Assembly: GCA_051362555.1 (NCBI GenBank)
Contig: CM120648.1
Span: 10,040,587-10,104,586 of the forward strand
Direction of reading: 5' to 3'
From: Lingula anatina
Taxonomy: Eukaryota; Animalia; Brachiopoda
DNA length: 64,000 bases
Below, piece after piece: positions 26,211 to 39,119 of this stretch (position 1 is the stretch's first letter; the number at the start of each line of letters is the position of its first letter). The notes under the pieces are model-generated. The model did no database searches, was not told the origin of the DNA, and saw only the letters and a program-made list of their open reading frames with translations. The position numbers and the translations under genes were made by a program.

Positions 26211-26519
26211 CTGTCATAAATACTTATATACTTCAGGAGTTAGTAAATGTGCTGTGTGTAAAGTATTGCCAAACAAGAGCTTTGGAAAAGAGGTTGATGA
26301 CTTGGGGTAGCCCATCTTATAAATATTTCACTAGTTTACATGTACATTAGAGAGTAAATTCTGATAGAAGCTTACTCAGAGATTTTGCATAGGAATAAAG
26401 GTCGTGGTATTTGTTTAACGTTCCTAATTGTTTGTACACAGCACCTTAACAGTACAGCAGGCTATTACATGACCTGTGTTACATATACAAAGAAACACAG
26501 AACCTAAAACTCATGTTAA

Positions 26520-26860
26520 TTGTTTTGGCAAGATACGCCGAATCACCAAATGTAAATATTGAACACATTGAAATAGAGTGACCCGCAAGTTCGCCCACAT
26601 TTTATACTGAAAATACTGTGCAGGACTCACTTCCCCTAGAGCCAAAGGCATGCCAATACTTTTCCTGTATACAGCAATCACCTTTACTCACGGCATCGTG
26701 GGGCCTTTTCACTTTAACTCACGGTTTACCTCATCTAACGCAATGGCAAGCACTAGGGTAGGGCTTTTTTGCGGAAAATTCCCCATTCTATTAAAAGAAT
26801 TAATAAAAAAATCCCTGTAACGAGTCGGTTTCAGACATTGAGCGTCGAGAGCGTAGACAG
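26520..26860 (+). promoter_or_regulatory. Type-B promoter (kB site + TATA-like) and non-coding exon 1 of unit D
   Basis: GGAAAATTCCCC at 26773-26784, AT-rich box near 26801, donor CAG|gtaaga at 26861. Block repeated at 36.4, 41.1 and 44.0 kb. Confidence 0.6.
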
Positions 26861-29375
26861 GTAAGATTGAGCTGCTTCTAATATAAATTACATCTAACTA
26901 TTCGATTATTCCAAAAGGTTTACACAGTTATAATGTTTTGGATTGGATATCAAGACCCAGCATATTCCATAAGAGTTGACGATTGTACCTTTCCATGCTA
27001 AAAATATTTCATTTTACTTTGCCGTGAAGAAAGATGGGTTTGCCTATATGTTAGGCTAAAATTCATTGTAAACCAGATTCAAAATATGCCTAAATTTGAA
27101 AACGTTTAGGAATTCATTTACACGTATATCACGACTAAGATTAGTTCAAGAACGTTCAAATTATGTCTAGATTTCGTATGCAGATATACGGCACACTATA
27201 GCAGAAGAATGTAAAAGAACGGTTTAGTATTTGAGAAGACGATGTTGGCTTTTTGTAGACGACCTACTGGTAGTACCCCTAAGAGCATATGCATGTCCAT
27301 TCGGCGGTGATTGGTTGAGACGTATTTAAAGGCTTTTTATCACTCTCCGCTGGCTATGATATTGTAAACGTGTATAAGCTGGCGAAAACGCTACCGTCGA
27401 TGTACTAGTATCTGCGAAAACAGCTTTTAAACAAACAATTGAACAGAAATGGATTATTTGCATTGTTATTTATAACTTGCAAAAAGGCAATACGTGACAT
27501 AATGGCCGTGCACCTCCCTGAAAAAAGGAGCCGACGCTTGACACTTGTAATGTCATAAATCTCTCTTATTGCTCAGACGGATTTCAAGTAAGTTCGATCA
27601 ATAATTTTGTCAACACACCAGTAACAAACAATGAAAGGGCTCAAATGAAGTAGGACATATCTCAGTTCTTTTCATCCTATCATCCATTTAAAGATTGTGA
27701 GCTAAATGGTAAGTGTAATGGTAGGCATGATTAAAAAAACTCTGCGCAAAACTGGTCGGCGTTGTGTATTGATGCAGGTGAATTGATCAGAAAAAAATAA
27801 CATGTAGGATGACATATGGGTTTATCAACATTAAATAAAAGCACTAAATTATGTTTTGCAAAGGGAATATAGTAATTGTTCAAACAATGGCGAGTACACA
27901 TGTTTATTAATAGCAATGCCGTGAAAATTTATTTAGTAATGGGATGTGACAGCCAGACAACCAAGTTGAGAGCTAGTGTTTTGGTAGGCTGAAGACGTAA
28001 TGAAATACCCAAAACAATTAGTAAGTAATATTAAATTTACAGTGCCGCAAAGAGTTTATTATATGGAAAGAAAAAGATTCTCAAAAGAGTTGTGCGCAGG
28101 TGGGAATATCTGCTGTTCGTTTTATTGCGCAGTATACACTGTGCCTGTGTTGACAACAGGGCAGACATGAAAAGATATCTTAAAAAGTCAAGAGAATTTT
28201 TGGGAAAAAGTACCGGTGAGTCTACAACAGTGGGGATATGAGATTTTAACCCCAACTGAAAGATACTTTTGCCTTAAATATAGTTTACAATAGTTTGAAA
28301 GAGAAATGACAACGTTGATAAGACTCTTCCTATTTACAAAGCAATCACTTTTGTTTACCACCACCTACTAATTATAATTAAAGACGTGCCTCAAATAAAT
28401 CGCAGTGCGTACCAACGGTATTTCATTCGTGATTTATTAAATCTATTTTGAGTAACAATAAATCTCCCTGTCATTTATCACTTTACATGTGTGCACCCAT
28501 CCCTTTCGTCCACTGCGTTTGTTTCTCACCTAACACAATGAGTGGCAAATCCACACCAGTGCTACCGTGGTGGGGGAGAGAAGCATTGATTAAATCCGCC
28601 TGCTCTGACGTCGCATAGTTGTGGACATGGTTACGTTGATTTTCATATGCTTTTATTAGTTTATCTTTTCATTTATTCATTTTTATTTTGTGGACGGCAG
28701 GCAATATTAAAATTAACCCTCATTGTGAATCCTTTAAACATGTAAGCACAGCTTATATAGTTAAATGAAACTGTTACAGTGGGGATTAATATAAATTGAC
28801 GTTTGTTAAAGAACAATTCAAACAAAAACACCATATTCAGCTCAAATGTAAACGGATGTCACGCCGAAAACATGTTATCCTAGATGGGTGTTGTGTGTGT
28901 GTGTGTGTGTGTGGTGGGAGGTAGGGTAGTGTCATACGTAGGTCTAGAACCCAAGCACGTAAGAGGGTGATTTATGAATACTTACCTTATGGCCTTGCAC
29001 GCTAAACACTGCACAGACGAGCTGAAGTTGCAAACTGTCAATTTTTGTCTTACATATGGTTCATTAAAGGGTTTTCATACACATTTATAATTGTTTTACA
29101 GTGTATTCCTCGCCTGATTGAAACAGATTGGTTTTCCTGTATAACTGATAAGTTGCAAATCGCAGGAATCATAAGACAAATCCTTTCCATTTTGCACTTG
29201 GCAAAAGCCAAACGTGCGAAAAGGGGTGTTGAAAAAATGTGATGCATTTGATTTTCTTGTTCATTGCCCACATATTAAAACACCACATAAGAGGAAGGGT
29301 GTTCGTGTTGTTTACGGAATATTCTTTAACAATGAGTTTTTGTTTTCTTTTATATTAAGTGTTCAAAGACTCGGT

Positions 29376-29526
29376 ATGGCGTCTTCAACTACTGCAGCTT
29401 TTGAGAAGTTGAGTGAATCGTTGAGAAAAGAGCTTAGCGAGCTTAATAAAAGCGCCGAAGACGCCGCCAGTATTCTGCATCGTCTTGCCAACGAAATTGA
29501 CGAGGTTTGCAAAAAAAGTAACGAAG
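29376..29526 (+). CDS. APOL-like gene D, coding exon 1
   Basis: ATG in the conserved context ctcggtATGGCGTCT. Encodes MASSTTAAFEKLSESL...LHRLANEIDEVCKKSNE-G|gtaac, phase 1. Confidence 0.82.
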
Positions 29527-29671
29527 GTAACATCTTTGAATTATTATTATTATTATTATTCTTATTATTATTATTTGTAAGTTTGTAAGCTCCCTTACAT
29601 TGTACTTATAACCTCGTAATGATTTTGCATATGCATTTTCGCAATTAATCGCGACCAACATACCAAGCCTT

Positions 29672-30640
29672 AATGTTGTTAAAATACTCGCATTCTTTAT
29701 GTTCTAAATGAAAACAATTTAATTCATCTTTTTCTAACTAATCATCATTAAACAAATGCTGATCTTCAATAAAGTTTTGTTCGTACTCATCTTTTATATA
29801 ACTGAAAACAGGTTTCTCTCTACATGGTACAGTAACAGTAGGATCTTCACTCTTTTTCTCTCTCCCGAATCCTTTCTTGATTTTAGCGTTTTTCATCTAG
29901 AAGCAATCCCTGGACCAGTGTCCAATTTTTGGGCAATACCAACAAATATCTGCTGGGCCTGGCTGTCTGCTATATATTGGATCGCTTCTTGGACGAAAAG
30001 AACCCCAAGGAGAATTATCATACCTTTGACTGGGTCTTGCTGACGAAGCATCATGTCTACTTCCATTTTTCTGGCTCAGTTTCTATCTTTTAGCCCTAAG
30101 TGCACGGTTTTCTTTTCTTCTTTTCGTCTTATCTTCTTTTCGTCATCAGTATCGCTGGCTACTTCGTCCGATAAATATTCTTGCACACACACCCAACCGG
30201 CATCAGACTTATCAGCAATACGAATCGGTTTGTTACGTTTTCTCAAAGATTATTTTGCTTGGATAACTGCACTTTTCTCCGGTTGTTAGAATCTACAAAC
30301 CGTTAATTTATAACAAGAATATTAGAATTATCGCTGTTAAACTCATACTGCACCTTGTTTCCCTTAAATTTGAACGAGAGTTCGTTTTCTTTCTATATCT
30401 TTTTTCTCAAAGTGGACGAACTTTGCTACAATTCTTCAAAAATCTCTCTCTTCTGTTTTTCAAATTTTGAAGACAAATGTTTCTCAAGAGAAGCATTGAA
30501 AAGCTCAACAGCCTTATTCAACGTAGGACAATGCGATCCTCGCTCTTATTTTGAGATACTGATGCCTCGTCACACTCTGAATCAGTCAGTATACACTGTA
30601 CACGTTTAGGCCTACTAGTTTGACTCTTGGCTCAATGAAT
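29672..30640 (-). mobile_element. Degenerate gag-like ORF1 of a DIRS/Ngaro-type retroelement in gene D intron
   Basis: Minus strand reads FKFKGNKVQYEFN...RKRNKPIRIADKSDAGWVCVQEYLSDEVASDTDDEKKIRR, plus a CCHC knuckle CWYCPKIGHWSRDC (about 29903-29944). Internal stops. Boundaries approximate. Confidence 0.7.
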
Positions 30641-31146
30641 AGTAACTCATAGCGTCAGCTTATATAAAGAGACCTCATTGAAATAAATGAGTAGCAATCA
30701 CTCCTGAGTTTATCATTGGCCAAAACCTGTAAGACTTTTCATATACCAACAAAACTGAATCAATCATAAACCATATATAAATACATCTATTTGGCACAAG
30801 TACAACGGTCATGCTAGAGAAAAGTGGGCATAATTAATCTGCGGTAGAGGGTAACTTTCCCTTGTCTCAATGCAAACTTTGTACCCCGTAAATGTTTTCT
30901 TAAAATTTAATTTGAGAATTCTGTTTGCGGGCACAGGGCAGCTTGCATAAAACATGTTATCAAATATAGTCAAACTCAGATGAGAGGCGTTAACGACATT
31001 GATTGAATGGAATCAAACGGACAGCCTTTTCAGAGATAAAGTTCAAACGAACGTAGCCAACAAAGTCCATCTTTACGTCAGGTTTTATAAATGAGCAACA
31101 TACTATGGGCTGTATATTTTGAGAGATTAGCAACGTAAGCAAGTTA

Positions 31147-33097
31147 GGCAGATTTTTTAATTACTTGTTTCTCAAACAATTTTTATTTTTGTCAGAGGTC
31201 GGAGGGGGGAACAATAAAAATATTTTCACATTAATGACTTTTTGGTCACTCATTTTCAAAACTACATTAGACTGGTAAATACTGGTTTTAACGCAGTATA
31301 GCAATTTTTGGATAAAAACAGCAATCCCTTTTCATTTTTTTTTTGTCTAAATGAATGTCAATACTACGAATCATTCTTGTAAATTACAAAACAATAAAAA
31401 TCACAGTTTGCCTTTCTATGCATTCATGATGGCAGTGCACAAAACAGTTTTTTTGTCAATCTTGATGCAATATTATGTAAGATTTAATGATTAAGTGGAA
31501 AATCATCACCAAATTTAAATTATCTACTTCATGTAACATGGCCATCCAGAAACAATATGGCTTCATGTCCCTGTGAGTTCCAAGTTCCACACAGAAAACA
31601 CCAATACATGTTTGTGAAAAATGAAAATTTCACAAAAAGCATTACTTCCATAAAAAGAATTCAATCAGGCTATATTTTAGACCTTTGAGTTTGTAAGTTT
31701 GAAAATCATCTTGCTAAATGACCGTCCTTTAATGGTCACTATGGCAGCTGCACTAAGCTAGCCAGTCTCTCTCTGCATATGGTCTTCTATACAATAGCTC
31801 CTCTGCCAGTGTCTCTGCTATGTGTTTTCCAAGATTTTTGGCCTGTCCAGCCCGAAAACCAACATTGAAGTCTTCCACTACTTGCGAGATTGAATTATAC
31901 ATTGTCTGCCTTTCATTACTGGGGGATTCACTGAAAAAAATATTTCAGATAAGTTAACTGAGTTGGACGTGCCTTCTGTTAGCTGCATAGGAATTGTACA
32001 ATTCAAAAGACAGCAAAAAGTTGCTTAGCCAGATTGTTGAAGATACAAAAATTCAGCAAGGGTAATATGGCCTGTTATGGAACTGTGGTCTTAATTTTTA
32101 TTAAATCTACATGGCAGCAACAACTTAACTTATTTAATAAAAAAGGTTCATTATCAAAATAAATAATAATAAAACAGAACTACCAAGTCACAGGTCCATA
32201 GCCAAGGAGTTTTGAACGATTATAATGAACCACCCTTTTTAGCAGGAAAAGGTCTGCTCTGGGTCAAAATTGATCTAGGTCCATGAAGGTTTTATGGTAA
32301 ATGGTCCACTTTTTTTTTCAGAAAAAGAACCCTCTTTTGAAATCGCTGGCTACGGGCGTGGTTAACCTTTTATTCGCATTAAAAACTTGGTGGAAAACTG
32401 AACTATGAGTTAATGTTGACAGGCTCATTGTCCAAAGCAAATGATAGTTAACAGCTATTACCTGGCTTAAATTAATAAAAATTATTATCTGAATGTTATC
32501 TGAATGTACTTAATGTTAATATCTACCATCGTAGTGACCGGCATTTTTACATCCAGTTCAGAACCTATTTTTGCTCCTGGCGTTGCTGGCTCCCTGTTGA
32601 AACCTTCCACACGTGACAAGTGTTGCAGTAGATATTTTCATTTGTGACAGTAAACAGTCAATAATATTGCCTAAAACGTCTGTAAAACTGGCCGGAAAGA
32701 CCTTTTTGCATAATATCTTTGGTCCTTCCTTCACTTTAACACTGAGCCACACGACAGTGGTCAAATTCCTGCTTAGTAAACTTTTCCCGCCATGTTGCAT
32801 TAATTTGACTCATGCAGTGTAAAATATCAGCAAAGCACTTATTGGCTTAAAAACCGGAAGCTGGAGGAAATGAACCAATCGTTTACTTTGGAATAAATAA
32901 CCTTCGTTTTGAACTTGTAGGCAGTTATGTGACGCGGGAGTCCCGTGAAACTTGTGAGGTTTCGTGTCTCCGATCGAACAGTACGATCAGTCGGACGTCG
33001 GGGAAAAATAAAAATATTTTTGGTTTCAATTTTTTTTCTATTTTGGCCATTTTGAGGTCGGCAGAGCTTGAGAAACAAGTTATTTAAAAAAAATGCC
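31147..33097. mobile_element. 1.95-kb non-autonomous PIF/Harbinger-like TIR element in gene D intron
   Basis: About 30-bp imperfect TIRs GGCAGATTTTTTAATTACTTGTTTCTCAA / TTGAGAAACAAGTTATTTAAAAAAAATGCC, with TTA on both flanks. Absent near 16245 in unit B. Contains a nested MITE at 32191-32360. Confidence 0.7.
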
Positions 33098-33329
33098 TTA
33101 CTAGTTAACATGTAACCGAAACGGGGTCATTTAACACTTATGGCCCAAAGCCTTAACACAAATTGTGTACCAAAACTTTCAAATAAATCTGACATTATTT
33201 CGCTTTTGTAGATTTTTCAATGTGGAATAAAAAGGGATAATTTAAAGACAGAAATATAATATTTTACTGTATCTATTTTAGAAAAAGCTGAGCCCTGTAC
33301 TGTTTCAAGTTTTTTAATTCAAATTTCAG

Positions 33330-33886
33330 GAAAAATCATCGGTTCTGCAGCTTCCCTGGGGGGGTTGCCATTTCTGGCTGCAGGCTTTGCTATTCCTGTT
33401 GCGGCAATTGGATTGCTTGTCGTCGGAGGAGCACTCTGTGGCGGAGGAGGCATAAAATGCGGTTATCATACTTTAAATGAGCATCGCATCACCAGATCCA
33501 AGTGCAGCGAAGCGCAGAGTGCAGTTGATGCCGTTCGTGAGAGGGCCAAAGCATATAAAGAGAGCATAGAGAGGTTTAGTGAGCTCGCACGATCTTCTGG
33601 TTTCTCCCCTGTGTTGAAGAACGAGGAGCCAGCCCGCAGTCGGCTCGCAGTGGGCGTACTAGTTCAAAGCGGCGTTGCCGCACTTGTTACCACTCTTGGG
33701 CGTCAAATTCTGTTCACAGGATTTATGGGAACCTTGGCGATGGTACCCTTTGATATTTACACCATATCACAGTGCGTCATCAAGCAAAACAGCAACAACT
33801 GGTCTCCACAGGCCAATAAGATCAGAGACCTAGCCAGAGAAATGCATGAGCTTGCTCAGGAGGGAAAGGCTTCACTAGAACAGTAG
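33330..33886 (+). CDS. APOL-like gene D, last exon (divergent; spliced product 235 aa)
   Basis: Acceptor tttcag|GA, in phase. Encodes KIIGSAASLGGLPFLAAGF...SKCSEAQSAV...PFDIYTI...SPQANKIRDLA. Confidence 0.82.
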
Positions 33887-34241
33887 ACTCATGAAGACCA
33901 GGCATAGGATGCTTGAACTTGTTCAGTGAGGATATGAGACTCTAACACGAGCTGTAACATACCTTTGCTTTAAAAATAATTTACAATAGTTTGGATAAGG
34001 AACCAACGTGGATAAAAGGACACATAGCTGATTTTTCATTTTACCGAACTGCAATTCTTTGAAAAAACGAGCGACTTTGACAATTATTCCATAACCCTTG
34101 CTAATTTTTCCAAAATATTGTGCGCTTAATTGTTAAATGTTCTTATCCGGTGTGGTATTCAGTCTCGCGTTTTGATCAGTATAAGCTATTAGTATACCGA
34201 AAATCATTATCCATGATACACATTATGATAAAGTTTTAAAT

Positions 34242-34847
34242 ATGTCCAGTTCAGGCTTTGGCTTGTCTTTTGTGACATTTGGGGCGTCGCTTGGTCTCTC
34301 CATCGCCGGTGCAGCACTGAGTGGCGTAGGAGGTATCACAGCCGCCGGTTCGGGACTAGCTGAGCATTTCATCACCAAAGACAAGTGCAGAGCGGCACAG
34401 GAGGCAGTTGATACCGTCATTGAGAAGGCCGAAATATATAAAGAAAGATTTGAAAAACTTAAAGAGATGGTCCAATCTCCTGGTGTCGTTGCTGTCGTTA
34501 GACATACGGGCTCATTAACGTCTAAAGCAGGGAGCGGCGTCGGGATTCCAGTCGTTAATGGCATCAGGCTCGCAGCGGGCGTTGCAGACGACGCTGCTGC
34601 AACTGTGTTTAAAGGTTTGGGGACAGGGCTTCGAGTGGTGCACATAGGAGGGTTTGTATTGAGCGCATTGCTGGTACCCTATGATGTTTATACCTTAGCG
34701 ACGTCCTCCGCCAAGGAGCATCGCAAGACCGGGTCTCCACAGGCCAATAAGATCAGAGAACTCGCCAGAGAAATGAATCGTTTTGCCCAAGAAGGGAACG
34801 CGTTTCTAGATCAGCTGATTCATGAAGATCAGGTAAAGGATGCTTGA
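34242..34847 (+). CDS. APOL-like orphan last exon D' (5'-truncated duplicate, open frame)
   Basis: Homology to the gene A last exon starts at GGCTTTGG (34254). Sequence upstream is 3' flank of gene D. In-frame ATG at 34242 and a phase-1 acceptor ttcag|GC at 34254/34255. Confidence 0.65.
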   Translation: MSSSGFGLSFVTFGASLGLSIAGAALSGVGGITAAGSGLAEHFITKDKCRAAQEAVDTVIEKAEIYKERFEKLKEMVQSPGVVAVVRHTGSLTSKAGSGVGIPVVNGIRLAAGVADDAAATVFKGLGTGLRVVHIGGFVLSALLVPYDVYTLATSSAKEHRKTGSPQANKIRELAREMNRFAQEGNAFLDQLIHEDQVKDA

Positions 34848-36399
34848 ACCTGTTCGTTGAGGATATGAGACTAACATACCTTGGCCTTAAATATAATTTA
34901 CAATAGTCTGAAAGAGAAATGCCAGCGTTGATAGGGCACATAGCTGATTTCTCAATGTCCCGAACTGCAATTTACACGACAGGGCTTTGTCCGTGTGCAT
35001 CATCACAAGAGAGCTTTTTGATCTTTGTTATCCAAGACAATATATGGTGTAAATAATTTGAAGGCAGTGTTGTCGCAGTGAATCATATAATCGCACATTG
35101 CTCTCTCTCTCTCTCTCTCACTCACTCTCACTCTCCACATACACCTGCATGACTTGTGATCTATGAAAGAAATCAATTTCATGAATAATGTATGATTATA
35201 AGAGTGTAATGTTAGTAATTGGCAGGCACGAGTGACTGAAGAGCGGGTAGTGTTTTGTAGAGTAACCGAGTTGATTGACATGGCCTTGTCGTACATGTAC
35301 TTGAGCGGAGAATATAGGCCAAATGTAAACGAGGAAGAACGATGTACATGTAAGTGGCTGTAAGAAGAGGAAGAACATGTAGATAAGGTAGTTAGGAAGC
35401 GACAGTAAATGATATGAAGGAACAATAAAGTTGTTTAGTTTTTATCTTTCGTAATCGGTAAGATAAAGTCAATACCTTGCTCACAAGAAGTAAATCATTT
35501 TGTAAAATGTTATAAAATTTTGTAGATTTTAATGTTATAAACACTATTTTCATTAGGCTTGAAAGACACCAATGGGACCTGGACGAATCCTTTTCGCGTG
35601 CCTTGATCAGAAATCCTCACATGGCAGAATCATCCCATCATTCTCAAATACTGTGTGATAGAAAGCACCACTACGGCCTCTGGCATACTTTTAAGGGATA
35701 GTAAATCTTTTGTGGTGTTTTTAATCAATATGCACATTTTTCCATATGTGCGGCTTATAGACAAATGAACAATTATTAGAAATATCATACAATTAGGTTA
35801 ATTCATATGCAAATATGGATCGGTAATCAGAGAAAAAACAGCTGACCTTAGGAATAAATTGAATTATCTTCTTTGATACAATCAAGGAGTTATAACTCCT
35901 TGATACAATTGAAGATTGTGTCTGTCCACTGGCTAAATTTATGAATATGTACTGGGTACTGATCAAGTAGTGGGAACTGCTCATCTGGTTGTGAAAAATA
36001 CCATTACAAAGCTTGAAATAATGCTGAGGTTCACAGAATTAAATGTTCTACGAATTCTTCTGATGGTTATTCCACTAGCCCAAATGTTAATAGGAAATGA
36101 TTTAAACGTAGCAGTATGTGTAATTTCTTATGCTGATTATTCGTTGGTCTCATCTAATAAAAAGCCTGCGATGAGTAAGCTTGTTGCGAAAATGAGATGA
36201 ATAGAAAACACGTATTTCCAATCTTTCCCTATACATCTCTTTGAACAAACGATCACAAATGTTGTTTTTCTGTATAAAGGGAAGTTGAGCTTCACCAATT
36301 GTTCACATGTACCGGTACCTTATTGCATCAGCCAAGAATTCGATCGGTGGTGTTATGTACACCTAAACAACAATAGTTTCGTCAAACAACAGCTAAAAG

Positions 36400-36781
36400 C
36401 CATAAAAATTAGCTGAGTCACCCAATGCTGATCCATTAGACACATCAAACAAATGTGACGCACGAGTTCGCCTTCCCAATTTATAACAGATTTACATTTC
36501 GTGGGCCTGCTGCAAGGAAAACCCGACTTACAAAATTGGAAGTGTACCATTTTCACAACCCCTATAGTCAAAAGCGTGGCAGAACCTTACCTGTATCAAA
36601 ATATCGATTTTGTTCACGTGTGTGTGTGGGGGTAACTATAAATAAAACTCTGGATGTGCTTTGTTAAACACAATGAGTAACATCGGGTTTTTTTCCGTGG
36701 GAATTCCCCATTTGATATTGAGGAATATAAAAATCCCTGCAACTTGTCAATTTCAAACGTCGACCATCCAGAAGCACCCAG
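36400..36781 (+). promoter_or_regulatory. Type-B promoter and non-coding exon 1 of unit E
   Basis: Perfect kB palindrome GGGAATTCCC at 36699-36708, TATAAAA at 36726-36732, donor CAG|gtgagt at 36782. Confidence 0.65.
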
Positions 36782-37778
36782 GTGAGTTTGGGAGGCAGTA
36801 AATATTCTCATAAATTATATAATTAATGATGATTATACTTGAAATTTAAACATCAATAATGTTTTCTTTAGGTAATCAAGATCCACTAAAACCCAAAGGT
36901 GTTAGACGGTTTTAAGTTCAAAATGATACATATATATGCTTTATGAAAACAATTTATTTTTCATCCGCACCATCTATAAGTTCGGCTAATTTCTTTTTTG
37001 CAAACTAAGGAAACAAATTTAGCATAATTAAAAAAAATTGTTTCTAATTTGAAAGTCATTGGTACAAGAATTATTTTACATTGTTTATAACTGGATTGCA
37101 TTTGCAGTTACATATCTCAAGGGTAAGCAGAATAATGCCTTGCTTTGCAAAATTGATGCCAGTGTGCTGTAAAAGACAAAGGCAAGTGTTTTAACATTTC
37201 TTATAAATATGGATATTAGTTTATATACGCTTAAAACGAGGATACTAGTTTGGTTTGGTTATCAAGCAGTAGCTGATTGCAAATAAAAATGATGCATTTT
37301 GTTGCCCCATTTTGATTTTTTGTCACTCTTAGTATATATGTTATGATGGGGTTAATTGTTGTGCCACGGGATGGTAATATTCCCAAAATAAGTCATTCAG
37401 AAATTAAAACATGGAATAGCGGATGTAAAGTAACACCGTGTATTACTTATAGCTAAATGTGAACTTCTAGATCTATTTCAATGTTTTGTTCACGTTAGAC
37501 AGTTTACATACATCTGAAAACGGTAACATCCTTTACGATTAAAATCATTTAAGATTCTTGATAAATATTTTTCTATTTGTCATGCTAGTACGCATACGCT
37601 CTTGCATATGACAAAAGCGCGCTGTGCACCAAATCGCTACATATGATTTCCTACTTGTTCATTAACCGTATTTGAGAACACCTTGTAAGAGGAAATTTTA
37701 AAATGTGCATTTTGTATTTGGAATATTATTTGAATTCTTATTACATATAATAATATTAATATTTCTTATTTTCTTAAG

Positions 37779-37847
37779 AGTGCTGAGAAACTCCAGGGTA
37801 CATCCAGTTACAGAGGATGCTGCCATAGCAATAGAGGTGGAGTTGGA
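37779..37847 (+). CDS. APOL-like gene E, candidate upstream exon (no in-frame ATG)
   Basis: Acceptor ttaag at the position homologous to other units. Donor GA|gtgagt is phase 2 and in frame with 38005. Reads VLRNSRVHPVTEDAAIAIEVELE. Confidence 0.45.
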
Positions 37848-38004
37848 GTGAGTATCTTTCTGGAGATGAATGCTGGAAAAACAATTTCATGAATATATTG
37901 ACAAACTTCTTTGATCAAATACTAGTACTCAAAATGTATTCTGCAAATGAAGCGTATGTAAATTATCTTCAATTTATTTTGTAACGGTGTTGCTTTCTTT
38001 TCAG

Positions 38005-38153
38005 AAGGGAAAGAGAACGTCAAAAACGTCGGCAGTTGAGGAAAGAGGTTGTTAACAAGCTTCGTGAATTTGTTCAAAGTGCTGAAGAAGCATCACGGAA
38101 GCTGCACTCCCTAGCCGACGAAATTGACGAGGTTTTTAGAAAGTGTAACAGAG
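38005..38153 (+). CDS. APOL-like gene E, BH3-like exon (absent from the ORF track)
   Basis: Strong acceptor ctttcttttcag|A. Encodes RERERQKRRQLRKEVVNKLREFVQSAEEASRKLHSLADEIDEVFRKCNR-G|gtagc. Confidence 0.8.
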
Positions 38154-38475
38154 GTAGCCTTTGAATTTATATATAGCTATTGCGGTTTGGAACCCAAAGA
38201 AATATGTCTGATAAAAGTGTACAACATATCAAAAATGGCTCCAAGATGAACGTGGGGTTGAGATGAACTCACATTAAGTTATATTTATTGGGTAAAATAG
38301 ACTGCCAATAATGTTTATCTTTTGGCATGGACAGGAATATGGTTAAAATTCTGGCACCTTTTTTCTGTCTTACCACAAAGTTTGTACCTGTAAACGCTTT
38401 CATCTCACATGTCATCTCACATCTAGAAGCAGCTGAATACTATAATGTCTTCAATTTTTTTTTTCAAAATTTAAG

Positions 38476-39119
38476 GAAAAATTGCCGGGACAGCCGCTTC
38501 TCTGCTGGGGTTTCCACTTATTGCTGTAGGCTTTGGTTTGTCTTTTGTGACATTTGGAGCGTCGCTAGGTCTCTCCATTGCCGGCGGAGCAATCAGTGCC
38601 GCTGGAGGAGTCACAGCCGCCAGTTCAGGTGTTTACGAGCATATCCACACCAACAAAAAATGCAAAGGAGCACAGGAGGCAGTTGATGATTTCCATAAGA
38701 AGGTCCAAGCATGTAAAAAGAGCTTAGAAAGGATTAAAGAAATAAATGAGATGGTCCCATCGACCAGTGATGTCGCCTCTGACGGTATTCTTGCAGTGAA
38801 GTGCGGGTTCAGTGCAGGCAGCGTCTTCTCTCCAGTTTTAAATGGCATTAAACTTGCAGGGTGCGTTGGAGACGACGTCGCGGCAACTGTTGCTAAAGGT
38901 CTAGCGACAGGGTCCCGAATTTTTCACATAGGAGGATTTGTGGTGAGCGCGGTGCTGGTGCCCTATGATATTTACACCTTAGCAGAGTTGTCTCTCAACG
39001 AGCATCGCAAAACCGGATCTGAACAGGCCAATAAGATAAGAGAATTAGCCAGGAAAATACATGACTATGCCCAACAGGCGATTGACGATATCCGTAATGT
39101 CCAGGCAGTAGATGATTGA
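38476..39119 (+). CDS. APOL-like gene E, last exon
   Basis: Acceptor tttaag|GA, in phase. Encodes KIAGTAASLLGFPLIAVGFGLSFVTFGASLGLSIAGG...PYDIYTL...GSEQANKIRELA. Confidence 0.83.

Noticed and set aside
34975-35490. LTR-like insert after D' with AATAAA and a CA end
   Set aside because: Could not define a 5' terminus or a TSD.
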